From Dehalococcoidia bacterium (lineage in GTDB: Bacteria > Chloroflexota > Dehalococcoidia > Dehalococcoidales > BS750m-G39): DNA of 64,000 nt. The stretch covers positions 25,577-89,576 of the forward strand of contig JASFHK010000004.1 of NCBI GenBank assembly GCA_050123275.1, in the 5' to 3' direction. The notes under the pieces were generated by a model. That model made no database searches and was not told the DNA's origin. It saw only the letters and a program-made list of their open reading frames with translations. Made by a program: the position numbers and the translations under genes. Below, piece by piece: positions 56,384 through 64,000 of this stretch (positions are counted from its first letter, which is position 1; each line of letters begins with the position of its first letter).

Positions 56384-56399
56384 TGGCAGCAGTGTAGCT
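56384..56399 (+). promoter_or_regulatory. Candidate sigma-54 (-24/-12) promoter of hdrL-hdrC-hdrB
   Basis: TGGCAG-cagtg-TAGCT has GG and GC at the canonical 10-nt spacing of TGGCAC-N5-TTGCW. It lies about 53 nt upstream of the GTG at 56452. It overlaps a sigma-70-like TTGACC-17-TAAGAT (56356-56384). Confidence 0.4.
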
Positions 56400-56451
56400 G
56401 TGACCCCTTACCCCCCCTCTCTTGGACCAATTAAGGAGAATAGGAGGCAAC

Positions 56452-59400
56452 GTGGAACCTAAGATTGGCGTATACATCTGTCATTGTGGGACTAACATTG
56501 CCGGGACGGTGGATGTGGGGGCGGTTACCGAGTTCGCCCGTACCTTGCCCGCGGTAGCCATTGCCCGGGATTACACCTATATGTGTTCCGACCCGGGGCA
56601 GGACCTTATCCGCCAGGATATCAAAGAACTGGGGCTTAATCGCATCGTGGTGGCTTCCTGTTCGCCGCTGATGCACGAACGGACCTACCGTCGGGTATGC
56701 CAGGAATCGGGCCTTAACCCCTATCTCTTCGAAATGGCCAATATCCGCGAGCACGTTTCCTGGATAACCGAGGACAAGGCGGCGGCTACCGAGAAAGCCA
56801 AAGCCCTGGTCAGCGCCGCCGTCAGGCGCGTTTACTACCAGGAGCCGCTGGAAACCAGAGAGGTCCCGGTTAACCCCAACACGCTGGTGGTGGGGGGTGG
56901 TGTGGCCGGCATCCAGGCCGCCCTGGAGATTGCCGATTCCAAACACAAAGTATATCTGGTGGAGAAGGAGCCCAGCGTCGGCGGGCACATGATACAGCTG
57001 GACAAGACCTTCCCCACTCTGGACTGTTCCGCCTGTATTCTGACCCCCAAGATGAGCCTGGTCGGCGCCCATCCCTATATCGAGCTGATGTCCTACAGCG
57101 AGGTGACCGGTGTCGAGGGCTACGTGGGTAACTTCAAGGTTCAGATAAACAAGAAAGCCCGCTACGTTGATGTTGATAAATGCACCGGCTGCGGCGAGTG
57201 TTCCCAGGTCTGCCCGGTTACGGTGCCTAACGAGTTCGACCTGGGCTTGGGCAACCGCAAGGCGATTTATCGCCCCTTCCCCCAGGCGGTACCCAACGCC
57301 TTTACCATAGACAAGAAGGGCTATCCGCCCTGCCGCGTCGCCTGCCCGGCAGGGGTTAACGCCCAGGGCTACGTCGCCCTTATCTCGCAGGGCAAGTTCA
57401 AGGAAGCCCTCGAGGTATTGCGGCGGACGATGCCCTTTGCCGGCGTTTGCGGCCGCGTTTGCACCCACCCCTGCGAGAGGGACTGCGAGCGGGGCAAGGT
57501 GGACGAGCCGGTTTCCATCCGCGCGCTGAAGCGCTTCATGGCCGACTACGAGTTGAGTGTGGGGCGAGAAAAGGCGGCGCCGGTGGAGAGGACTAAAGAA
57601 GACAAGGTAGCCGTCATCGGCTCGGGCCCGGCCGGGCTTGCCTGCGCCTACGACTTAATCCGGGAGGGCTACCCGGTTACCGTTTTCGAGGCCGCGCCCA
57701 AGACGGGCGGGCTGCTCCGCTACGGCATCCCCGAATACCGTCTGCCTGATAAGGTGCTGGATAACGAGGTCGGCTACCTGGAGGAGATGGGCATCGAGAT
57801 AAAGACCGGCCACGCCGTGAGGAAGTTCGAGGAGCTCTTCAACCAGGGCTACCAGGCGATATTCATGGCGGCGGGGGCGGGGGTAAGCCAGAAGATGGGC
57901 ATCCCCGACGAGGACGCCGAAGGCGCCCTGCACGCCCTCGATTTCCTGAACAAGGTTAACTCCGGCAAGAAGGTCAGCCTCGGCGAGAAAGTGGCCGTTA
58001 TCGGCGGCGGTAACGCCGCCATAGACTCGGCGCGGGTCGCCAGGCGGCTGGGCGTCAAGGAAGTTTCCATCGTCTATCGCCGTTCGCGCGAGGAAATGCC
58101 CGCCGTCAGCGACGAGATTAACGAGGCCGAGCGGGAAGGCATCAAGTTGCACATACTGGCGGCGCCGGCCAAGGTCATCGCCGAGGATGGCAAGGTGACC
58201 GGCCTCCAGTGCATCAAGATGGAGCTGGGCGAGCCCGACGCCAGCCGGCGCCGGCGCCCGATACCGGTTGAAGGCTCCGAGTTCGAGATGGAGGTGGACA
58301 ACGTCATCTTCGCCGTGGGGCAGGGAGTGAACAAGGAAGCGCTGCCCGGCGAGCTGGAGTACACGGGGTGGGGTACCGTGGTCGTTGACCCCGCCACCCT
58401 CCAGACCAACATCGAGGGCGTTTTCGCCGGCGGGGACGTGGTTTCGGGCCCCTCCGACGTTATCGCCGCCGTCGCCGCGGGCAAGGAAGCCGCGATGTCC
58501 ATCGACCGTTTCCTGCGGGGAGTCGACCTCAAAGAGGGTCGCCCCGTTCCCATAACCAAAGCCACGGATATCCCCAAGGAGGACGTCCAGGCCAAGCTGC
58601 GGCAGGAGATGCCCACCCTGGACGTCAGCAAGCGGCAGGGCTTCGCCGAAGTCGAACTGGGCCTGGACGAGAAGACGGCCATGGAGGAGGCCAAGCGCTG
58701 CCTGAACTGCGGCGTTTGCTCGGAATGTATGGAGTGCCTCAAAGCCTGCCAGGTCGGGGCCATCAACCAGGATATGATCGAGGAGACCATCGAGGTCGAT
58801 GTGGGCAACATCATCGTCGCCACCGGCTACGATACCTTCGACCCCACCCCTCTCTACCAGTACGGCTACGGGCGGCTGGATAACGTCCTTACCTCGCTGG
58901 AGTTCGAGAGGATGATTAACGCCTCGGGCCCCACGTCGGGCGACGTGCTGCTCAAGGACGGCTCCCATCCCAAGACGGTGGGTATCATCCACTGCGTGGG
59001 CAGCCGCGACGAGAACTATCACGAGTACTGCTCGCAGGTCTGCTGCATGTACTCGATGAAACTAAGCCACCTGATAAGAGACCACGTGCCCGGCTCTCAG
59101 GTCTACGAGTTCTATATCGACCTGCGCTGCGTGGGTAAAGCTTTCGAGGAGTTTTACAACCGCGTCCTCGACGAGGGGACCATGTTCATCCGCGGGCGCC
59201 CCGGCGAGGTGACCGATATCGCCGAGACTCCCGAAGAAGAGGGCAAGCTCATCATCGTCGGCGAGGACACCCTGGTCGGACGCCAGCGCCGCGTGCCGGT
59301 GGACATGGTGGTGCTGAGCACGGCCTTGCAACCCCAGCCGGACGCCGATAAGGTCGCCCACCTCTTCTCCATCAGCCGCAGCGCCGACGGCTTCTTCCTG

Positions 59401-59793
59401 GAGAAGCATCCCAAGCTCGACCCTGTGGCCACCATGAGCGACGGTATTTTCGTCGTCGGCTGCTGCCAGTCGCCCAAGGATATTCCCAACAGCGTGGCAC
59501 AGGCGTCGGCGGCGGCGGCCAGGGCGCTGGCGATGATTAGCGCCGGCTCCATAGAAATCGAAGCGGCTACCTCCGAGGTTGACCCCGAGCTTTGCTCCGG
59601 CTGTAAGACTTGCTCCGATCTTTGCCCCTTCCACGCCATATCATTTGACGAAGAGAAGAAGATAAGTATAATAAATGAGACGCTATGCAAGGGCTGCGGC
59701 GTTTGCGTCGCCGCCTGCCCCAGCGGCGCCATCAAGGGCAAGCACTTTACCGCCGACGAGCTTTTGGCCGAGATAGAAGGGGCGCTGGTATAA
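56452..59793 (+). CDS. hdrL: HdrA-like flavoprotein with inserted GltD/NfnB-type NAD(P)H:FAD module (HdrL-type)
   Basis: N-terminus KIGVYICHCGTNIAG and FAD fold VVGGGVAGIQAAL. The insertion carries PFAGVCGRVCTHPCERDCERG, VIGSGPAGLACAYDL, VIGGGNAAIDSARVA and FAGGDVV. The HdrA signature CVGSRDENYHEYCSQVCC and four ferredoxin-type Cys motifs are present. GTG start behind AGGAGAATAGGAGG; the ORF track begins 30 nt earlier. Confidence 0.85.
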   Translation: MEPKIGVYICHCGTNIAGTVDVGAVTEFARTLPAVAIARDYTYMCSDPGQDLIRQDIKELGLNRIVVASCSPLMHERTYRRVCQESGLNPYLFEMANIREHVSWITEDKAAATEKAKALVSAAVRRVYYQEPLETREVPVNPNTLVVGGGVAGIQAALEIADSKHKVYLVEKEPSVGGHMIQLDKTFPTLDCSACILTPKMSLVGAHPYIELMSYSEVTGVEGYVGNFKVQINKKARYVDVDKCTGCGECSQVCPVTVPNEFDLGLGNRKAIYRPFPQAVPNAFTIDKKGYPPCRVACPAGVNAQGYVALISQGKFKEALEVLRRTMPFAGVCGRVCTHPCERDCERGKVDEPVSIRALKRFMADYELSVGREKAAPVERTKEDKVAVIGSGPAGLACAYDLIREGYPVTVFEAAPKTGGLLRYGIPEYRLPDKVLDNEVGYLEEMGIEIKTGHAVRKFEELFNQGYQAIFMAAGAGVSQKMGIPDEDAEGALHALDFLNKVNSGKKVSLGEKVAVIGGGNAAIDSARVARRLGVKEVSIVYRRSREEMPAVSDEINEAEREGIKLHILAAPAKVIAEDGKVTGLQCIKMELGEPDASRRRRPIPVEGSEFEMEVDNVIFAVGQGVNKEALPGELEYTGWGTVVVDPATLQTNIEGVFAGGDVVSGPSDVIAAVAAGKEAAMSIDRFLRGVDLKEGRPVPITKATDIPKEDVQAKLRQEMPTLDVSKRQGFAEVELGLDEKTAMEEAKRCLNCGVCSECMECLKACQVGAINQDMIEETIEVDVGNIIVATGYDTFDPTPLYQYGYGRLDNVLTSLEFERMINASGPTSGDVLLKDGSHPKTVGIIHCVGSRDENYHEYCSQVCCMYSMKLSHLIRDHVPGSQVYEFYIDLRCVGKAFEEFYNRVLDEGTMFIRGRPGEVTDIAETPEEEGKLIIVGEDTLVGRQRRVPVDMVVLSTALQPQPDADKVAHLFSISRSADGFFLEKHPKLDPVATMSDGIFVVGCCQSPKDIPNSVAQASAAAARALAMISAGSIEIEAATSEVDPELCSGCKTCSDLCPFHAISFDEEKKISIINETLCKGCGVCVAACPSGAIKGKHFTADELLAEIEGALV

Positions 59794-59830
59794 GCCGGCC
59801 CCGTTAACCTTAAATAAAGGAGGAGTCTAA

Positions 59831-60412
59831 ATGGCTGACACGGTGGTCAAAACTCCTCCCGCCGTAGTGACGGACTTTCTTAACGAGGTCTGCTCCATAC
59901 CCGGCGGCGAGGCGATTAATTCTTGTATTCAATGCGGGGTGTGTACCGGCTCCTGTCCCACCGCCAACCAGTGGGACTACCCGCCGCGGCGGGTCATCGC
60001 CATGGTGCGGGCCGGTTTGAGGGACGAGTTACTGTCGAGCAACTCGATGTGGTTCTGCGTTTCCTGCTACACCTGCACGGTGCGCTGCCCGCGGGATATC
60101 AAGCCCGCCGATATCATGCACGCTCTGGAGATTATCTCTCTCCGCAGCGGCAAGAGCACCCGCCGCAACCGCACGCCGATTATGTACCAGTGCTTCGTCG
60201 ATTCCGCCCGTAAATACGGCCGGGTCTACGAGATGGGAATGATGATTAATCTTTTCATGAAGACCAACCCCTTCTCCGCCCTCAAGCTGGCGCCGTTGGG
60301 GATGGGGCTGTTTTTCCACAAACGCATGCCCCTGAGCCCCGAACGAATCAAGGGCATGGACGGCCTCAAAGCCATCCTCAAGAAAGCCAGGGAACTGGGA
60401 GGTGCCGAATAA
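59831..60412 (+). CDS. hdrC: Heterodisulfide reductase subunit C-like (2x[4Fe-4S])
   Basis: CIQCGVCTGSCP and CVSCYTCTVRCP, 193 aa. Confidence 0.85.
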   Translation: MADTVVKTPPAVVTDFLNEVCSIPGGEAINSCIQCGVCTGSCPTANQWDYPPRRVIAMVRAGLRDELLSSNSMWFCVSCYTCTVRCPRDIKPADIMHALEIISLRSGKSTRRNRTPIMYQCFVDSARKYGRVYEMGMMINLFMKTNPFSALKLAPLGMGLFFHKRMPLSPERIKGMDGLKAILKKARELGGAE

Positions 60413-61278
60413 TGAAACACTACACATACTATCCCGGTTGTTCGGCGGAGGCAACGGCGTCGCCCCTGGGCATCTCGGTGCCCCCGGTGGCCAAGAAGCT
60501 GGAGATGGACCTTAACGAGCTTGAGGACTGGAACTGCTGTGGCTCGACGCCTTTCTGGTCGGTGGACAAGCTGGAGGCGGCGGCATTGGCCAGCCGCAAC
60601 CTGGCTCTGGCCGAAAAGCGGGGCTTCGACCTGGTGACGCCCTGCTCCAACTGCTTCGTCATCCTGCACGAGACCAATAACCACCTCAAGAGGCTGCCCG
60701 ATTTCAAGGACAAGGTGGACCAGGCGCTGGCGGCGGGCAAGATGAAATATAACGGCACCGTCAACGTGCGCCACCTCGCCGAGGTGCTCTACACCGATAT
60801 TACCCCCGAAGGCATCGCCGAAAAGGTAACCAAGCCCTTAAAGGGTCTCAAGGTGGGCGCTTACTACGGCTGCCAGCTGGTGCGCCCCGACGGCTTCGAC
60901 GACCCCGAATCCCCCCACTCGCTGGACGAGATAATCACCGCGCTGGGCGCCGAGGCCGTTGACTGGGAGATGAAGGCCCGCTGCTGCGGCAGCTCGCTGG
61001 TCATGCCCGAACAGGAAGTGGCGCTGGGGCTGGTCAACAAGCTGCTCCGCAACGCCACCGAGCACGGGGCCGAGTGCCTGATTACTCCCTGCCCATTGTG
61101 CCAGATTAACCTCGACGCCTATCAGAGCCTGGTTAACAGCCAGTTCAAAACGCGCTATAATATACCCGTACTTTTTGTTACCCAACTGATAGGGGTCGCG
61201 CTGGGTATTCCCGCCAACGAGCTGGCTTTATCGGGTAATATCGTCTCTCCGATGAAGGTGTTAGCCCCCTATCTCTAG
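60412..61278 (+). CDS. hdrB: Heterodisulfide reductase subunit B-like (two CCG domains)
   Basis: WNCCGST ... TPCSNCF and ARCCGSS ... TPCPLCQ. 1-nt overlap with the hdrC stop. Confidence 0.88.
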   Translation: MKHYTYYPGCSAEATASPLGISVPPVAKKLEMDLNELEDWNCCGSTPFWSVDKLEAAALASRNLALAEKRGFDLVTPCSNCFVILHETNNHLKRLPDFKDKVDQALAAGKMKYNGTVNVRHLAEVLYTDITPEGIAEKVTKPLKGLKVGAYYGCQLVRPDGFDDPESPHSLDEIITALGAEAVDWEMKARCCGSSLVMPEQEVALGLVNKLLRNATEHGAECLITPCPLCQINLDAYQSLVNSQFKTRYNIPVLFVTQLIGVALGIPANELALSGNIVSPMKVLAPYL

Positions 61279-61375
61279 ACTAGCGAGGGAAAAGAAAATA
61301 ACCGCCAAAAAGGGATTCTCCTTCCGCTGGGGCTATGTCGCCGTCCCGCTTATTGTCTTTCTGCTGCTGGCAGGC

Positions 61376-61801
61376 ATGACCGCTTTTTTCTATCACCTCA
61401 TGCCCGCCGAGGTCGCCGTCCACTTCAGCGACGGTACAGCCGACGCCTGGATCAGCCGCTCGATGATGCTGGTTTTAGCGTTGCTGCCCCAAGGGCTGCT
61501 GGTCCTGGTGGGGCTGGCGCTGGCCTGGATAATGTCGCTCATGGTCAGCCGCTCCTGGCCTGCCGAGGGGGCGAAGACCGACCCCAGGTCCATCGTCGCC
61601 CTCATGGGCAACATGGTGGCCCTGCCCCAGCTCGTCTTCGGCTTTGCAATGGCCGATATTTTTGTTTACAATGCATACCAGATTCATCTGCCGTCCGTAT
61701 GGATAATATCGCTGGTGGTGGTGGTGGCGGGGGCTATCGTTATCGGGGTGTTTTTCACCCGGGCGATAAGGCGGGAGCGCGCCGGACGGCGTAATCCTTA
61801 A
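61376..61801 (+). CDS. DUF1648-like membrane protein (the true start is probably upstream and non-canonical)
   Basis: The in-frame upstream sequence KKGFSFRWGYVAVPLIVFLLLAG (from about 61298) looks like the missing first TM helix. HLMPAEVAVHFSDGTADAW matches the DUF1648 pattern. There is no ATG/GTG/TTG between 61279 and 61376 in this frame. Confidence 0.55.
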   Translation: MTAFFYHLMPAEVAVHFSDGTADAWISRSMMLVLALLPQGLLVLVGLALAWIMSLMVSRSWPAEGAKTDPRSIVALMGNMVALPQLVFGFAMADIFVYNAYQIHLPSVWIISLVVVVAGAIVIGVFFTRAIRRERAGRRNP

Positions 61802-61813
61802 AGGAGCATTGTA

Positions 61814-63172
61814 GTGACCGAAGCCAGAGCCGTTGACATGGAAAAACTCGTTTCTCTTTGCCGCCGACGCGGCTTTATCTTCCCCAGCAGCGAAATCTAC
61901 GGGGGACTTTCCAGTTGCTGGGACTACGGGCCGCTGGGGGTGGAGCTGAAGCGCAACATAAAGCAGGCGTGGTGGCGGGCAGTGGTGCAACGGCGCGACG
62001 ACATGGTGGGGCTGGACGCCAGCATCCTGATGCACCCCCAGGTCTGGCAGGCGAGCGGTCACGTCGAGGGTTTTTCCGATCCTCTGGTGGAGTGCAAGCA
62101 ATGCCACAAGCGCTGGCGCAGCGACGACTTTGAGGGCGACAGGTGCCCCGACTGCGGCGGCGAGCTTACCGAGCCGCGCCTTTTCAACCTGATGTTCAAG
62201 ACCTTCATCGGCCCCGTCGAGGAAGAGGGCAACGTGGTCTATTTGCGTCCGGAGACGGCGCAGGGCATGTTCGTTAACTTCGAGAACATACTTAACACCA
62301 CCCGCAAGCGCCTGCCCTTCGGCATCGCCCAGATAGGCAAGTCCTTCCGCAACGAGGTCACCACGGGCAATTTTATCTTCCGCTCCCGCGAGTTCGAGCA
62401 GATGGAGATAGAGTACTTCGTCAGGCCGGGCGCGGATAAAGAGTGGTTCGACTACTGGGTAGAGGAGAGGCTCAACTGGTACGTGAGCCTGGGTATCAAG
62501 AAGGAGCACCTCAAGTTGCGCCAGCACGGCAAGGAAGAGCTGGCCCATTACGCCCGCGACTGTTACGACATCAACTATCTCTACCCGATGGGCTGGGCGG
62601 AGATGGAGGGCATCGCCAACCGCGGCGACTTCGACCTGGTGCAGCACGCCAAGTCCAGCGGCAAGAACCTGAACTATTACGACGAGGAAACCAAGGAGCA
62701 TATCGTTCCCTATATCATCGAGCCTTCGGCGGGCGTCGACCGCACCGCACTGGCCGTACTCTGCGACGCCTACGACGAGGACGTCGCCGACGGCGAGGCG
62801 CGCGTCCTGCTCCGCTTCCATCCCTCTATAGCCCCTCTCAAGGTGGCCGTGCTGCCTTTGAGCCGCAAGGAGACGCTGGCGCCCTTAGCCCGCGATGTCT
62901 ACGCCGAACTGCGCCAGTGCTGGATGACCGGCTACGACGAAGCCCAGTCAATCGGGCGCCGCTACCGCCGCCAGGACGAAATCGGCACGCCCTTCTGCGT
63001 CACCGCGGACTTCGAGTCGCTGGAGGACAAACAGGTCACCATCCGCGAGCGCGACAGCCTGCGGCAGATACGCGTCCCCATTGACACTCTCAAAGACACC
63101 CTGCAGGCCAAGCTGGACGGGGAAGACCTTTTCGTTTTGCCCGAAGGGGGCAAGATTTGGAAAGAGGGGTAG
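61814..63172 (+). CDS. glyQS: Glycine--tRNA ligase (alpha2 dimeric type)
   Basis: [30 protein letters not shown] and EPSAGVDR, with a C-terminal anticodon-binding domain. GTG start behind AAGGAG. Confidence 0.95.
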   Translation: MTEARAVDMEKLVSLCRRRGFIFPSSEIYGGLSSCWDYGPLGVELKRNIKQAWWRAVVQRRDDMVGLDASILMHPQVWQASGHVEGFSDPLVECKQCHKRWRSDDFEGDRCPDCGGELTEPRLFNLMFKTFIGPVEEEGNVVYLRPETAQGMFVNFENILNTTRKRLPFGIAQIGKSFRNEVTTGNFIFRSREFEQMEIEYFVRPGADKEWFDYWVEERLNWYVSLGIKKEHLKLRQHGKEELAHYARDCYDINYLYPMGWAEMEGIANRGDFDLVQHAKSSGKNLNYYDEETKEHIVPYIIEPSAGVDRTALAVLCDAYDEDVADGEARVLLRFHPSIAPLKVAVLPLSRKETLAPLARDVYAELRQCWMTGYDEAQSIGRRYRRQDEIGTPFCVTADFESLEDKQVTIRERDSLRQIRVPIDTLKDTLQAKLDGEDLFVLPEGGKIWKEG

Positions 63173-63178
63173 GGGACT

Positions 63179-63418
63179 ATGCCTCACATCATTATCAAAA
63201 TGTATCCCGGTAGAACCGTCGAGCAGAAAAACCGTCTGGCGGCGGCGATTACGAATTGCGTCACCAGCATCGCCCAGTGCGGCCAGGAAACGGTTTCGGT
63301 GGCCGTCGAGGAGATTGTCGCCGAGGACTGGGCGGAACAGGTCTACCGGCCCGATATCATCGAAAAAGAGGCGACGCTGGTCAAGAAACCGGGCTATAAG
63401 CTTTCGGACTGTAAATGA
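63179..63418 (+). CDS. 4-oxalocrotonate tautomerase-family protein
   Basis: Begins MPHIIIKMYPGRT, with the catalytic Pro1 after Met removal, followed by EQK..L beta-alpha-beta. 79 aa. Confidence 0.8.
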   Translation: MPHIIIKMYPGRTVEQKNRLAAAITNCVTSIAQCGQETVSVAVEEIVAEDWAEQVYRPDIIEKEATLVKKPGYKLSDCK

Positions 63419-63440
63419 GTGGGGATACAGGAGGTGGGGT

Positions 63441-64000
63441 TTGAAAATCATCCATTTCGCCGATTTGCATCTCGGCGTCGAGACCTACGGGCGCATCGAC
63501 CCGGCCACGGGGCTTTCCACGCGGCTGGGCGACTTCCTCAAGGCTTTAGACCGGCTGGTCGACTATGCCATCGAGAATAAGATAGACCTCGTTCTCTTCT
63601 GTGGCGACGCCTACAAGAGCCGCGAGCCGACCCAGACCCAGCAGCGCGAGTTCGCCCGGCGCATCAATCGCCTCTCCGAGAACGATATACCCATTTTTCT
63701 GCTCATCGGCAACCACGACCTGCCCAACGCCATCGGCAAAGCCACCACCACCGAGATTTTCGACACGCTGACGGTAAAAAACGTATACGTTTCCAACCGC
63801 CCCGAAGTCACCCGTCTCCATACCAAAAGCGGGGACATCCAAATCGTTTCCCTGCCCTGGCTGCGGCGCAGCGCCCTGTTGAGTAAGGATGATAGTAAGA
63901 ACCTGACCTTCGAGGAGCTGAACCAGAAGATGCAGGAGGCGATGACCGATGTCGTTAGCGCTAAAGCCGCCGAACTGGACCCGTCGTTGCCCGCCGTGCT
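63441..64000 (+). CDS. sbcD: SbcD/Mre11-family nuclease, N-terminal part (3' end outside the window)
   Basis: Calcineurin-like phosphoesterase motifs IHFADLHLG, CGDAY and GNHD. TTG start behind GGAGG. Open to the window end. Confidence 0.85.
   Translation, partial: MKIIHFADLHLGVETYGRIDPATGLSTRLGDFLKALDRLVDYAIENKIDLVLFCGDAYKSREPTQTQQREFARRINRLSENDIPIFLLIGNHDLPNAIGKATTTEIFDTLTVKNVYVSNRPEVTRLHTKSGDIQIVSLPWLRRSALLSKDDSKNLTFEELNQKMQEAMTDVVSAKAAELDPSLPAV

Noticed and set aside
56452-59793. Selenocysteine (in-frame TGA) recoding in HdrA-like or molybdopterin enzymes (also 14015-16054).
   Set aside because: Both reading frames are continuous with no internal stop, and Cys occupies the relevant positions.
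61802-61813. T-box or other leaders upstream of the aminoacyl-tRNA synthetase genes (glyQS, and aspS at 10691-10876).
   Set aside because: The glyQS upstream gap is only 12 nt. The aspS upstream region contains a plain promoter and no specifier/T-box elements.

Overview
64-kb chromosomal window from a high-GC bacterium (about 60% by eye). The gene content looks anaerobic: a COG1900-type homocysteine route, ThiC/Thi4, HdrL-HdrC-HdrB, and Lys-rich tails on TopA and trigger factor. This is reminiscent of Chloroflexota/Dehalococcoidia-like lineages, but I cannot verify taxonomy. All calls come from reading the translations and DNA by eye; no searches were run. The window holds about 60 tightly packed CDS, mostly housekeeping: alaS (5'-truncated), ruvX, a ClC channel, tgt, aspS, tig, clpP, efp, pepP-like, xerC/D, topA, dprA, thiC-thi4 behind a clear TPP riboswitch, rsmG, pdxST, tmk, mnmA, rnhB, thiE, glyQS and sbcD (3'-truncated). 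Two tandem tRNA-Ser genes are present. Observations worth a second look: (1) At 49.8-61.3 kb, a compact sigma-54 homologue, a histidine kinase with an [FeFe]-hydrogenase-like/Fe-S sensor, a GAFTGA NtrC-type activator and two receiver proteins sharing an uncharacterised Cys module lie divergent from hdrL-hdrC-hdrB, which is preceded by a -24/-12-like element. This is my best candidate for an undescribed regulatory system. (2) The COG1900/NIL-ferredoxin/COG2122 homocysteine operon is extended by a MauE/DoxX-like membrane protein, a PKD-repeat lipoprotein and a second NIL protein, and is preceded by an unclassified terminator-containing leader. (3) A dispersed intergenic repeat family has at least 6 copies, plus two companion repeat modules. 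(4) A low-GC Dcm / putative REase / Vsr islet sits next to the tRNA-Ser pair. (5) Individual oddities: an M50 protease homologue without HExxH, a GreA with an integrase-SAM-like N-terminal extension, a frameshifted lamin-tail-domain lipoprotein absent from the ORF track, an orphan molybdopterin enzyme between tig and clpP, and an Arg-tip EF-P. Many long ORFs antisense to real genes are high-GC shadow ORFs and were rejected.
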